Source: Candidatus Aminicenantes bacterium
Lineage (GTDB): Bacteria; Acidobacteriota; Aminicenantia; UBA2199
Reading direction: 5' to 3'
Assembly: GCA_963822075.1 (NCBI GenBank)
Contig: CAWGGP010000001.1
Location: 366,331 to 430,330, forward strand
Length of the DNA: 64,000 nucleotides
The notes under the pieces are model-generated. The model had not been told where the DNA came from. It was given only the letters and a program-made list of their open reading frames with translations, and searched no databases. Of this stretch, positions 29,101 to 37,512 are shown piece after piece (the first letter of the stretch is position 1; each line of letters begins with the position of its first letter). The position numbers and the translations under genes were made by a program.

Positions 29101-30532
29101 GCAAGCAGCGTTTTTTCAGCAACGAAGCCAGCAGGGGACTTCCGTCACCATGGGAGGCTGGCGTCGGCTCTGCCGCGCCGTCTCCATGGGAGTTCGGTGG
29201 CAACCGCGTTGCGCCGTCACCATGGGAGGCTGGCGTCGGCTCTGCCGCGCCGTCTCCATGGGAGGCCGGTGGCAACCGCGTTGCGCCGTCCCCATGGGTG
29301 GCCGGTTGGTTAAGCCCTTTCCCATGGGTGGCTGGCGGCAGCTTCGCTGCGCCGTCTCCATGGGAGGCCGGCGGCAGCTTTGCTGCGCCGTCACCATGGC
29401 AGGCTGGTCGGTTAAGCCCAACCCCATGGGTGGCCAACAGGCGGGCGACCGCCATGGGTACAGGGACCCCGAGCCAGGCGAATTTTTCCAGCAGGTCGAC
29501 CTCGTCCCCGTCCAGTTCGGGAAGACCGGGACGGGGGGAGAGCGCGGCGAAATGCTCGGCCAGCGGGTCATGAGGATCCTCGTTGAATTCCAGGTCGCAG
29601 TCGCCCGGCGCTGAATCGTTGAACAGAACGACGGTCAGGCCGGAGACGTCGCCGGATTCCAGAAGATAGCGCAGCAGGCGGTCATCTTCCTTTTTTACCA
29701 GGTTGTCGATCAGCAGCACCATTTCCTGAAAAACCGACTTTTTCATATAAAAACGGAACTCCTGCGCCCGGGCGGCCAGGTTTTCGCCGGCGGTTTCATC
29801 CTGCCCGCATAAAGCGGCCAAATAGTCGCTCAAGCGGCCATTGTCGAGGTCGATCTTCAGCAGGAGCGTCTCCCCGTCCTTCAGGTTTTGGAAGAGATTG
29901 TTGCGGATGACCGCTTTCTGCCAGGGGAATTTGGTATTGATCCGGATCCTGGCGTTGGCGCCACCCGGGGAATGGGCGTGGAGCAGGTTCGAGGCGAAAT
30001 CTCCGTTGCGGCACAAATAGACCGGGAATTCCGGGAGCATGACGTTTTTTCTCGCCTGCTTGAGAAATCCCAGATAATTGTCTTCATTCAGGCCGCGCAG
30101 ATGGGGGTTCTTGTTGAAGAGCCGTATCCAGGCGGCGGGGCGGGGAAATTCCTGGGTTTCCAGCTTCCAGGCAAAGCGCAGCATCGGCCCGGGCAGGACC
30201 TGGAATCGCGAAAAATCCAAAAAATCCATCTCCCATTCCCTGGCGGCGGTGAAGAAGGCCAGGAATTGCCGCAGGATGTCTTCCGCCTCACTTGCGGCAA
30301 GTCCGAGCAAGGCGTCCGGGCCGCTGGCGGTGAACGGCTGGGCCAGGATGCGGATATGGAAATTGCCCGGAGTGAATTCAACGATATTCTGCATGAAGCT
30401 GGATTGGAAGGCGAATATCTTGTGGATGCGGGCCAGGTTTTCCGGGGTGTTGGCAACGGTGAATTGGGAAAGTTCTTCGTTGTGCCAATGATCATAAGCC
30501 CGGCGGTCCCGGTAGGCAAAACGCTGGATCAA
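26099..30532 (-). CDS. giant sigma54-dependent transcriptional activator (bEBP) with about 1100-aa N-terminal sensor region
   Basis: ORF 26099..30532 with a TTG start after GGAGGGAGG. The C-terminal AAA+ domain has GESGSGKE, GAFSGA (a GAFTGA variant), LFLDEI, FRADLFYRL and PGNVRELE, followed by a Fis-type HTH. The N-terminal part has TPR-like repeats, a 12-aa tandem repeat and a stretch resembling a P-loop-less STAND/AAA module (MVLLIDNL). Confidence 0.85.
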   Translation of the reverse strand: MIQRFAYRDRRAYDHWHNEELSQFTVANTPENLARIHKIFAFQSSFMQNIVEFTPGNFHIRILAQPFTASGPDALLGLAASEAEDILRQFLAFFTAAREWEMDFLDFSRFQVLPGPMLRFAWKLETQEFPRPAAWIRLFNKNPHLRGLNEDNYLGFLKQARKNVMLPEFPVYLCRNGDFASNLLHAHSPGGANARIRINTKFPWQKAVIRNNLFQNLKDGETLLLKIDLDNGRLSDYLAALCGQDETAGENLAARAQEFRFYMKKSVFQEMVLLIDNLVKKEDDRLLRYLLESGDVSGLTVVLFNDSAPGDCDLEFNEDPHDPLAEHFAALSPRPGLPELDGDEVDLLEKFAWLGVPVPMAVARLLATHGVGLNRPACHGDGAAKLPPASHGDGAAKLPPATHGKGLNQPATHGDGATRLPPASHGDGAAEPTPASHGDGATRLPPNSHGDGAAEPTPASHGDGSPLLASLLKKRCLLESRDRQTLGLAIPGGKAPGRTPRKSEFLAWLAANSDWAYARVAHFIAADQPAALERYLEKQALESLARVAPGPAADLLCRHLAQHGHGGKIMEYFVAILIQSNCLDMAGNVLAAADPGSPFTRLKAAHLAMRRKDYRELGELLNGIPRVAPGLRDEWLYLNFVYQEKTGQGEKAAACLKKIASPYFRNLALIQWSDRSIYGRGFVKARDQLTGALEYFSARHRDREEIETRSQMAKLHREMGNFQEAESQYKTIYIRSESDGLALNSAYAAVDLGNLYFENDDDFLAECWYRKAAKLFARESNPDGIMLVNSNLLNILYAKGGWLEADKLLRAILAWDAEKRLLNSSAIDYLNWANLETLRLHDDHALKLVEQAAGIFKDTANSKGLGECAFVRGRISFFAEASPAARMSAYPWFNDDQKIVCRLLGPSARSAGTPKGPALFKRLDRIRSKKIKFEALRLLLKKYRDSAWLDRFRELARELSPRGKNYFYYEYWYMVFDLGAEELPADRRDEFLAMHDFFTVNRRSVSAKLDRFRRLCDEKARDRAIFDDARLVGNYRQWRLPEDFFSSFCHELGMPTPIDWLVMTVHEDRRRLFRFANSDLFRELGEEMLRSTLETPENQNHDRQGIQRLFRSQEKFFYPFANTKMIRWPISERLLACLVIGFRDGDAYFRDFFERQRETFKKFSVLFQDFLQNEFRVQEKLNFIVGESEKIREMKRLIAQVSKVDFSLLITGESGSGKELVARAVHLLSPRAERPFVPVNAAAIPDTLLEAELFGYKKGAFSGAADNRVGLLEAADRGTLFLDEIADLPLPLQAKLLRALQEKEIRRLGENKTIKIDVRLVSASNKDLNELMRSSLFRADLFYRLQDLVIHIPPLRERREDMPLLIGHFLEKFGYPAQEPAKLHAIGDLFRDEAFPGNVRELESKIKKMITFDPELATAAMPRRHAPGLKSARQDFERNLILNTLKEQNGRKGRTAEKLGISRMALFNLIKKHEIAR
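29137..29445 (-). repeat. in-frame 36-nt (12-aa) tandem repeat inside the bEBP gene
   Basis: There are nine units, marked by CCATGG at 29148, 29184, 29220, 29256, 29292, 29322, 29358, 29394 and 29424 (spacings 36,36,36,36,30,36,36,30). They encode variants of SHGDGAA(K/E)(L/P)(P/T)PA. Two adjacent 72-nt double units are nearly identical. Confidence 0.9.
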
Positions 30533-30793
30533 CGTCCTCCCTCCTCTCGCTGTTTTTCCCTCTGCAAGTTGGTTTTAAAGAAAATCAAATAAGGGTATCT
30601 GCTTTCTTTGTCAAGCGATTATCACAAAATTCCCCATAGCTTAAATCAGGCAATGAGGGAGACGTTTTCCGGTCGTTGGTATATCACAAAATCCCATCTT
30701 GTCTCGATCACAGGGTCGATCTTGCCTGTTTTTCCGTCGGCCATGGGATCCCAGGGGAAAAATCAGCCGCTGGAACGTTCTGAAAAGAGGCGC

Positions 30794-33628
30794 TTATTTA
30801 TCCCGCAATTCTTCGAATACCGTCTTGATGTCCCGGTAGTTGGGGTCCTTCTTCAGGATCTCCGCGGCCAGCTTCTTGGCGTACGGATAGTCCTCCTTCA
30901 ACTTGGAGGTCTGCACCAGCTCGTATTTGACGGCGTTGTATTCGTCGTCCTTGCGGCCCGGGGTTTCCAGTGCCTTCTCGAACCAGCTGATGGATTCGTC
31001 CATCATGCCCTTTTCCCGGAAACAGATGCCCAGCAGGCCCGCCGAATCGAAAAATTTCAGCGGGTGCTTGGAAGAGATCAGGAACTCATGGATGGCTTCC
31101 TCGATCAGCCCCATCTCCTTGTAGGCGATGCCCAGGTTGTAGCGCGTGTCGTAATCCTCGTGGCCGATCTTTTCGTCCACCCCTTTCTTGAATTCCTTGA
31201 AAATCTCCATCATGTTCTTTTCGATCGTCGAGGTCCGCTGTTTCTGGAGCTCCTCGACCCAATAGCGGATGGCGCTCAATTCAGCGGGGATATTTTTTTC
31301 GATCTCGTAGAAATCCTCTTCTTCGAGGAAAAGACCCTCGCTCTTCAGAATGTCGACCTCGTTTTCCGCGAGCTCGCTCTCATCGATGTCCCGGAAGGGG
31401 GATTCGCTGCTGGCCGGGGCTTCGTCGCTGGTGAAAATATTGTCGATGTCCAGGAAATCGGCGCTGGAACCGAGATAATTCGGATCCACGGCGCTGCTTT
31501 TCCGGATCGGCGCCGGCGCCTGGATGATCTGCTCCTGGTCGACCTCGATAACGGCGGGCGATTCCTTGCTCTCCGGCTCCTCCATCTCGATCTCGAACTG
31601 GATATTGTCGATCTCGGCGAAGTCGTTGGACACGACCCTTTCATCGGGAGGGTTCAACAGGTTGTCCAGCTTGATCTCCAGCTTGGAATCCTCGAATTTC
31701 TGCAGCAGGTCGCTTTCCTGGGCGATCGAGGACTCGATCTCGATCTTTTCGGTCATGCCGGGCTTGACCTTGATGGAGTCCGTCTTGTCGGGCTGGGTCT
31801 CCCTGGCCTTCTTGACCCTGGACAGGCGGGATTGGATCTCCCGGCTTTCCGGATATTCCTTTTGCAGGCGCTCCAGCGCTTTTTCGGCGTTGCTGAAATA
31901 GCCTTCGCTGATGTAGAAATCGAGCTCCGCCAGGTGGGAAGACAGACCTTTTTTGCTTTCCGCGTCCGTCTTCATCTGCAGGCTGTCTTCGCCCTTGAGC
32001 AGGAAGATGTCCTCTTCCTCGGTCTTGATCTCGGCGAGATCCATCTCGCCCATGCTGGGGTGCTGCAGCTCCTTGATCTGCTCGACCATTTCGGCGTGGT
32101 CGAAGTCGATCTCGATGTTGGTCCGCTCATGGCCGCTCAGGTCCAGCAGCCGCTCGTCATTGGGTTTGAGCTTGGTCAGCTTGTCCAGCAGCAGCTTGTG
32201 GTCTTCGTCGCGATTCTCTTTCTTGTAGACCTTCAGGAGCTCGATGCCCTCGCTGAGCAGGGCCTCGATATCGTTGCTCATCTGAAAGACGTCGAACAGT
32301 TTGACGCGGATATCGATGTTGCTGGGGAACGCGTTCTGGGCGGTTTTCAGCAGGTCGACCGCTTTTTTGAAGTTGTTGTTCTTCAGGGCCTGGTCGGCAT
32401 TGTTCAACTGAAAATCGATGAATTCCCGTTCCTGCTTGTTCTCTTCCTCCTCGGCCGCCGGCTCTCCGGTCAGCCGGCCCAGCTGTTCCTGGTAGGCGAA
32501 AGGCGAGTCCGACAGCTCGATCAGCTCCTTCAATATGCCGATCAACTCGGATTTCATCCCCTTCTGTTCGTAGATCGGCAGCAGCGATTCGTAGAGGGCG
32601 ATCAGGCTGCTGGTTTTCTTGGTCGCCTTGAATATCGCGGCCAGTTTGTTCAGGGCGGGCAGGTAGGTGTTGTTCGAGGTGATGATGAAGCGCAGCAGCG
32701 AATTGGCCTCGTCGAACTTTTCCTTTTCGATGAAGCGGTCGATGGTGGGCAGGAACAGCTGGAACGCCTTGTCGATCTCTTCCCGCTGCAGGTAGACCTT
32801 GCCCAGCTTCATGATCACTTCGGTCTCGTTGGAGTCGATCTCGGCGATCTTCTTGTAGATCTGCTCGGCCTCCTCGATGAGGTTGTTCTTGAAATACAGC
32901 TCGCCGAGGATCTTGAGCAGGTTCAGGTGCTTGAATATCTCGTCGCCCAGGTTGCGGAGCATCTGGATGGCCTTGTTGCTGTTGCCCTGGGCGATGTAGC
33001 AGGAGATCAGCTTTTCGAAGATCTTCAGGTGCTTGACCTTGGTGTAGGTCTGCATCAGGAGCTCTTCGGCCTGGGGGTATTCCTTCTTCTTGATCAGGAT
33101 GTCGCTGGCGGTGATGTATTCGCCGACCGCCTCTTCCTTCATTCCCTCGCGCAGGTAATTGTCCGCCAGGAGAATGCGCATCTTGATGTTGCTGCGGTCG
33201 AATTCCAGGATCTTTTTATATATGCCCAGGGCTTTTTTCTGGTTGTTCTGCCGCTTGTATTCCTCGGCCAGTTCCAGGTAGATCTGCTTGGCTTCGATGG
33301 TCAGGCCCTGCTTGGAATACAGGTCGGCCAGCTTGAAGGAGACGCTTTCGTTCTGGGGGTCCAGGCGGGTGATGCGCTTGTACATGGCGATGGCTTTCGT
33401 GAAAAAGCCTTCTTTCAGGTAAAAATCGGATATCCATTCGAACTGCTTGAAGGCTTCCGGGAGCTGGTTCAGCTTCAGGTTCAGGTCGCCGATGATCCTG
33501 CGTACTTCGAGGTCGTCGGGCTTCACTTCGATGATCTTATGGTATTCCTTGATCGCGGCTTCGATCTTTCCCTGCTTGAAAAGCTTGTCGGCCAGTTGCA
33601 GCGTTTTTAGTCGGTTCTCAGCAGCCAT
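30794..33628 (-). CDS. large TPR-repeat protein with acidic central region
   Basis: ORF 30794..33628. TPR-like repeats occupy both ends, around a D/E/S-rich low-complexity centre. The start overlaps the rnhB 3' end by 11 nt. Confidence 0.8.
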   Translation of the reverse strand: MAAENRLKTLQLADKLFKQGKIEAAIKEYHKIIEVKPDDLEVRRIIGDLNLKLNQLPEAFKQFEWISDFYLKEGFFTKAIAMYKRITRLDPQNESVSFKLADLYSKQGLTIEAKQIYLELAEEYKRQNNQKKALGIYKKILEFDRSNIKMRILLADNYLREGMKEEAVGEYITASDILIKKKEYPQAEELLMQTYTKVKHLKIFEKLISCYIAQGNSNKAIQMLRNLGDEIFKHLNLLKILGELYFKNNLIEEAEQIYKKIAEIDSNETEVIMKLGKVYLQREEIDKAFQLFLPTIDRFIEKEKFDEANSLLRFIITSNNTYLPALNKLAAIFKATKKTSSLIALYESLLPIYEQKGMKSELIGILKELIELSDSPFAYQEQLGRLTGEPAAEEEENKQEREFIDFQLNNADQALKNNNFKKAVDLLKTAQNAFPSNIDIRVKLFDVFQMSNDIEALLSEGIELLKVYKKENRDEDHKLLLDKLTKLKPNDERLLDLSGHERTNIEIDFDHAEMVEQIKELQHPSMGEMDLAEIKTEEEDIFLLKGEDSLQMKTDAESKKGLSSHLAELDFYISEGYFSNAEKALERLQKEYPESREIQSRLSRVKKARETQPDKTDSIKVKPGMTEKIEIESSIAQESDLLQKFEDSKLEIKLDNLLNPPDERVVSNDFAEIDNIQFEIEMEEPESKESPAVIEVDQEQIIQAPAPIRKSSAVDPNYLGSSADFLDIDNIFTSDEAPASSESPFRDIDESELAENEVDILKSEGLFLEEEDFYEIEKNIPAELSAIRYWVEELQKQRTSTIEKNMMEIFKEFKKGVDEKIGHEDYDTRYNLGIAYKEMGLIEEAIHEFLISSKHPLKFFDSAGLLGICFREKGMMDESISWFEKALETPGRKDDEYNAVKYELVQTSKLKEDYPYAKKLAAEILKKDPNYRDIKTVFEELRDK

Positions 33629-34217
33629 CTTTCAGTTTAAAACTTTTTCTGTGAAAAATAGTTTCCCCATTAAATAATAACATGTTTCTGTGCTTTTGTG
33701 TAGGATAGCCCTTATTTTGGGCCAAGTCAAACTCGGGGAAAAAACGGGAAAAGTTTTCCAGGAGCTGGTCCCGGAACACCTTGGCGATGATCGAGGCGGC
33801 GGCGATGGACAGGCTTTTTTCGTCACCCTTGACGACCGCCCGGCCGCCGCAGGGCAGGAAATCGGGGTCGATGGCGTCGATCAGGACGTAATCCGGCCTG
33901 ATCTGCAGGCGCCGGAATGCCTGGCGCATCGAGCGCTTGGTGGCGGCGAGGATGTGGCTGCGGTCGATCTCGTCGTTCCAGCACCAGCCGATGGAATAGG
34001 CCAGCGCTTTTTTGTAAATATCGCGCGCCAGCCGCAGCCGTTGCCGCGGGGTGAGTTTCTTCGAGTCATCGTATTCGCGGTTCAGGTTGCCGGGATCCAG
34101 GATCACCGCCCCGGCGACCACCGGTCCGAACAGGCATCCCCGGCCCACCTCGTCGATGCCGCAGATGAAACGATGATCCCCTTCGAGTAATTCTGCCTCG
34201 AGGGCGAAATCGGCCAT
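33618..34217 (-). CDS. rnhB: ribonuclease HII
   Basis: ORF 33618..34217 (GIDEVGRGCLFGPVVAGAV, DSKKLTP, KGDEKSLSIAAASIIAK). The ATG overlaps the rplS stop (TAATG). Confidence 0.9.
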   Translation of the reverse strand: MADFALEAELLEGDHRFICGIDEVGRGCLFGPVVAGAVILDPGNLNREYDDSKKLTPRQRLRLARDIYKKALAYSIGWCWNDEIDRSHILAATKRSMRQAFRRLQIRPDYVLIDAIDPDFLPCGGRAVVKGDEKSLSIAAASIIAKVFRDQLLENFSRFFPEFDLAQNKGYPTQKHRNMLLFNGETIFHRKSFKLKDGC

Positions 34218-34675
34218 TACCTGAGTTCTTTCAGGCGGGAGGCTTTACCTTTCAATTTTCTCAAGTAGAACAGCTTGGCCCTTCTGACCCGGGTATGTTT
34301 CTTGACCTCGATCTTCTGGACCAGTTTCGAATTGAGCGGGAAGATCCTTTCCACGGCGATCCCGAAGGAATTCTTGCGCACGGTGATGGTCTTGGAGACG
34401 CCCGAGTTTTTTATGGCGATCACGGTGCCTTCGTAGGTCTGGGTCCTTTCCTTGCCGGCCTCGATGACGCGGTAGAAGACCTTCAGCTCGTCCCCGGGCT
34501 TGATGACGGGAATGTCGCTGCGCGATTCCGGTCCGCCCGGGACATCGTTCTTGGCGGCAGGGGTCGCGGCCTGGGATTCATGGGCGTGCTTATTTTCAGC
34601 GGCGGCCGCCGGCTGTTTCTTGGCTGCGGTTTTTTCGGCCGGGCGCTCTTTGCTCTTTTTCTTTTCTTCTGTCAT
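34217..34675 (-). CDS. rplS: 50S ribosomal protein L19 with K/A/E-rich N-terminal extension
   Basis: ORF 34217..34675. The L19 core is KPGDELKVFYRVIEAGKERTQTYEGTVIAIKN...RRAKLFYLR. It is preceded by about 55 low-complexity residues. Confidence 0.9.
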   Translation of the reverse strand: MTEEKKKSKERPAEKTAAKKQPAAAAENKHAHESQAATPAAKNDVPGGPESRSDIPVIKPGDELKVFYRVIEAGKERTQTYEGTVIAIKNSGVSKTITVRKNSFGIAVERIFPLNSKLVQKIEVKKHTRVRRAKLFYLRKLKGKASRLKELR

Positions 34676-34793
34676 ATTTGGTCTCCTAATTGGCAGTGAG
34701 TTGAATGATTCCTCATTGTACTATTTTTTCGGGGATTTTTCAATAACCTTCGTCCTGAGACCGGCCAGAGCGGCGGCGCGGGGCAAAAAAAGG

Positions 34794-34832
34794 GCCGGGG
34801 CGGCGTGCGCCGCCCCGGCCCCGGGCATAACG
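34794..34832 (-). terminator. rho-independent terminator after the FadL-like gene
   Basis: A perfect 14-nt inverted repeat, GGGCCGGGGCGGCG/CGCCGCCCCGGCCC (34802-34831), is followed on the minus strand by T7 (A run 34795-34801). Confidence 0.8.
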
Positions 34833-34845
34833 GGATCGGCGGGGC

Positions 34846-36096
34846 TTAAAAACGATAGGTCAGCGCGATATTGGGCACCAGGATGTCCATGCCGTGCGTT
34901 CCCGGCATTTTGCCGGTCAGGGGGACGGTTACGTCCTTGCCCATCAGGTATTCCAAGCACACGTCGACGGCCAGCTTGTTGGCCTTGAAACCAAAGCCGA
35001 CGGTGACGACGTTGTAGGTGATCTCGGGCAGCAGGATGTTGAGGGTCGCGGCTTCGGAGGGCGAGGGGTCGTAATAATAGCCGGCGCGCAGCGCCAGCTT
35101 TTCGGAAGCGGCGTATTCCAGGCCGAAGCGCCATTGGATGGCGTTTTTCCAGTTCAGGACGAAGTCGTTGTTGAAGGCGGCGCCCAGCACCGGGTGGGCC
35201 CTGAGTGCCTGCCAGCCGGCGTTGTCATAGGTGATGCCGATGGTCTGGATCTTCTTCCAGTTGGTGAACTGGGCGTCGGCGTTCAGGGTCAGCTTGTCGG
35301 TGGCCTTGAAAGAGACACCCAAGCCGAGCCACAGCGGCCAGGTCGCTTCCCTGTCCGCGTCCACCGTCGTGGACTGGCCGACGAGCGCGGCGCCCGCCAT
35401 GGTGGCCTCGCCGCTGAACTTGACCTTGGTCGGCGTGCGCAGGGTGAGGCCGATGCCCAGCTTGTCGGTCGGCTTGAACAGGGCGCCGAAGGTGGCGCCG
35501 AAGGCCAGGCCGCTCAGGTCCTCGTTGTACTGCCCGACGCCGGGGCGCCAGAGCTTCAGCATGCCGTAGTTCAGGTTGAGGGTGGCGCCCAGGGAGAACT
35601 GGTCGCTGACCTTGTAGGCGATGACCGGGGAGACGGTGATCACGCCCATGAAGCTCTCCCAGCGGTAGGCGACGCCCTTGGTCAGGAGCTTCAGGTCTTC
35701 GCCGTTCCACTTGGCGCCGGTCCCGGACGGCACGTAAGCGGCGATGCCGACGATGAGCTTGTCGTTGATCGGCTTGAAGTAGGCGACCGACCCGGAAGGA
35801 TACATGGCCGACTTGGTCTCGGCATCGATGCCCAGCATGGGGAACTGGTAGGTGCCGCTGGGGATCAGGTCGGTGACGAAAAAGGAGATGTTGGGGCTTT
35901 GCATCTGCGTCAGGCCGGCCGGATTCCAGAAAATGGCGCTGTAGTCATCGGCCTGGCCGATAAAGGCGCCGCCCATGGCGATGGCCTTGCTGCCGACGCC
36001 GTTGAGGTTCAGGCCGTTGGCCGACAGGGAAACCGCTGTCAGGGCGATCAGGGCAACGGTCATCAGGAACTGCACAGTCTTCGCTCTTTGCTTCAT
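34846..36096 (-). CDS. outer-membrane transport protein (FadL/OMPP1/TodX family)
   Basis: In ORF 34846..36156, the start is ATG 36096 after GGGAGGAAAA. It has a signal peptide, GSKAIAMGGAF..ADDYSAIFWNPAGL, and a C-terminal aromatic residue (..TYRF). Confidence 0.8.
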   Translation of the reverse strand: MKQRAKTVQFLMTVALIALTAVSLSANGLNLNGVGSKAIAMGGAFIGQADDYSAIFWNPAGLTQMQSPNISFFVTDLIPSGTYQFPMLGIDAETKSAMYPSGSVAYFKPINDKLIVGIAAYVPSGTGAKWNGEDLKLLTKGVAYRWESFMGVITVSPVIAYKVSDQFSLGATLNLNYGMLKLWRPGVGQYNEDLSGLAFGATFGALFKPTDKLGIGLTLRTPTKVKFSGEATMAGAALVGQSTTVDADREATWPLWLGLGVSFKATDKLTLNADAQFTNWKKIQTIGITYDNAGWQALRAHPVLGAAFNNDFVLNWKNAIQWRFGLEYAASEKLALRAGYYYDPSPSEAATLNILLPEITYNVVTVGFGFKANKLAVDVCLEYLMGKDVTVPLTGKMPGTHGMDILVPNIALTYRF

Positions 36097-36152
36097 TTTT
36101 CCTCCCAAAAGATTTAGTTTAAAAAAAACAATAATATATTTGACATTAAAAG

Positions 36153-37352
36153 TCAACCGCTCTGCGGCGCTTTCGTGTCCAGGACGATTTTTCCGTACAC
36201 CCCGTCGTATCCCGGCTGCCGGCGCACCCGGTTTTCGCGCATGGCCTGGACCGCCTGCGCCAGCTTTTCATCGGCGGCGGCAAGCGCCTGGACGGGAATG
36301 GTCTGCAGGATGGAAAATTCGGGCCCCAGGCGTTCGATCAGCTCGAGATACCGGCGGGCCACCTTCTTCGAGTTCTCGCCGCAGCGCAGCACCTGGGCCA
36401 GGACCTGCCGCAGCGGCATCTGGTAGCTGAAGGGCCTCGGGCTCGCCGCGTTCACGTCGGCCAGGTCCTCGACGCGGTGCAGCACCCCCAGGGTCAGCGG
36501 TTTGCCGCAGACCGGGCAGGCGTTGGCCAATTTCCGCGCCGCCGGCGGCGCCAGGGAAACGCCGCATTGGCGATGGCCGTCATGGTGGTATTTTCCCTCC
36601 TCGGGAAAAAATTCAATGGTGCGGACGATCGCGCCGTCGCGGATGGCCCCGGCGATGCCTTCATAGGTCAGGGGGCAGTCGAGTTCATTGGCTTCGCGCC
36701 CCAGGTTCTGGGCCGAATGGGCGTCGGAGTTGGACAGGACCGTGAAACGCCTCAGGGACGAAACCCTGGCCAGCATGGGCGGATCGGCCGACAACCCGGT
36801 TTCCACGGCATGGATATAGGGTGCATAATCTTCGAAGCATTCCTCCAGGGAATCGAAGCCCGACCGGGAACCCAGCAGGGAGAACCAGGGGGTCCAGATA
36901 TGGGCGGGAATGATCATGACCCGGTCATCGATGGCCAGGACCTCGGCGCTGATGTCACGCGCCGAGGCGCCCAGGATGGGGCGGCCATCCGCCTTGAGGT
37001 TGAAGCGCCGGCCCAGGCTGGCGTTTATCTTTTCGACGGCGGCCAGCGACGGGGCCAGGAGCAGGAGATGTACCTTGCGGACCCTGCCGGCCTTTTTATA
37101 GATCATTGATAATTCGGAGCTGAGGATGAAATGAACGGAGCGGTGGCCTTTCTTCAACCGGAACAGGCCGGATGCGCTGTCGGCGAGATTGGTTTCAAGG
37201 TCGCGGAACCATAAGGGGTGGGTGAAATCGCCGCTGCCGACGACGGAGATGCCTTTCATCTCGGCCCAGCGCGCCAGCTCGGGAAGCACCAGGCCCGGCG
37301 AGGTGCTGCGCGAATAGCGGGAATGAACGTGGAAATCGGCAAAGAAACCCAT
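36153..37352 (-). CDS. PHP-domain endonuclease Q-like protein (TIGR00375 family)
   Basis: ORF 36153..37352. It shows ADFHVHSRYSRSTS, GSGDFTHP, PAHIWTPW, ETGLSADP, SNSDAHS, LGREAN, EEGKYHHDGH, a CPVCG zinc motif, GVLHRVEDLA and a PGYDGVYGKI tail. Confidence 0.7.
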   Translation of the reverse strand: MGFFADFHVHSRYSRSTSPGLVLPELARWAEMKGISVVGSGDFTHPLWFRDLETNLADSASGLFRLKKGHRSVHFILSSELSMIYKKAGRVRKVHLLLLAPSLAAVEKINASLGRRFNLKADGRPILGASARDISAEVLAIDDRVMIIPAHIWTPWFSLLGSRSGFDSLEECFEDYAPYIHAVETGLSADPPMLARVSSLRRFTVLSNSDAHSAQNLGREANELDCPLTYEGIAGAIRDGAIVRTIEFFPEEGKYHHDGHRQCGVSLAPPAARKLANACPVCGKPLTLGVLHRVEDLADVNAASPRPFSYQMPLRQVLAQVLRCGENSKKVARRYLELIERLGPEFSILQTIPVQALAAADEKLAQAVQAMRENRVRRQPGYDGVYGKIVLDTKAPQSG

Positions 37353-37512
37353 TCAGCGGATCTTCCCGGTCTTCAGGTCGGCGTCGGCGCAAAGGTGCAG
37401 CTTTTTCATGGCCTCATTATATGGCAGGCGGGAAATAATGCAACCTCCGGCCCGCCGCCGAAGCCGCTTTCCGGGAGACGCGCGCTTCGCCGAGTCCCGG
37501 GTGCCGTATCCG

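Noticed and set aside
29137-29445. Possible CRISPR array suggested by regular 36-nt periodicity
   Set aside because: There are no unique spacers. The units are contiguous, in-frame and translate to a coherent 12-aa repeat inside a long intact ORF. No cas genes are present.
30608-33610. 1000-aa ORF on the plus strand antisense to the TPR gene
   Set aside because: It has the same in-register antisense geometry and the same L/V/D/Q/F-rich composition. The TPR frame carries the recognisable repeats.
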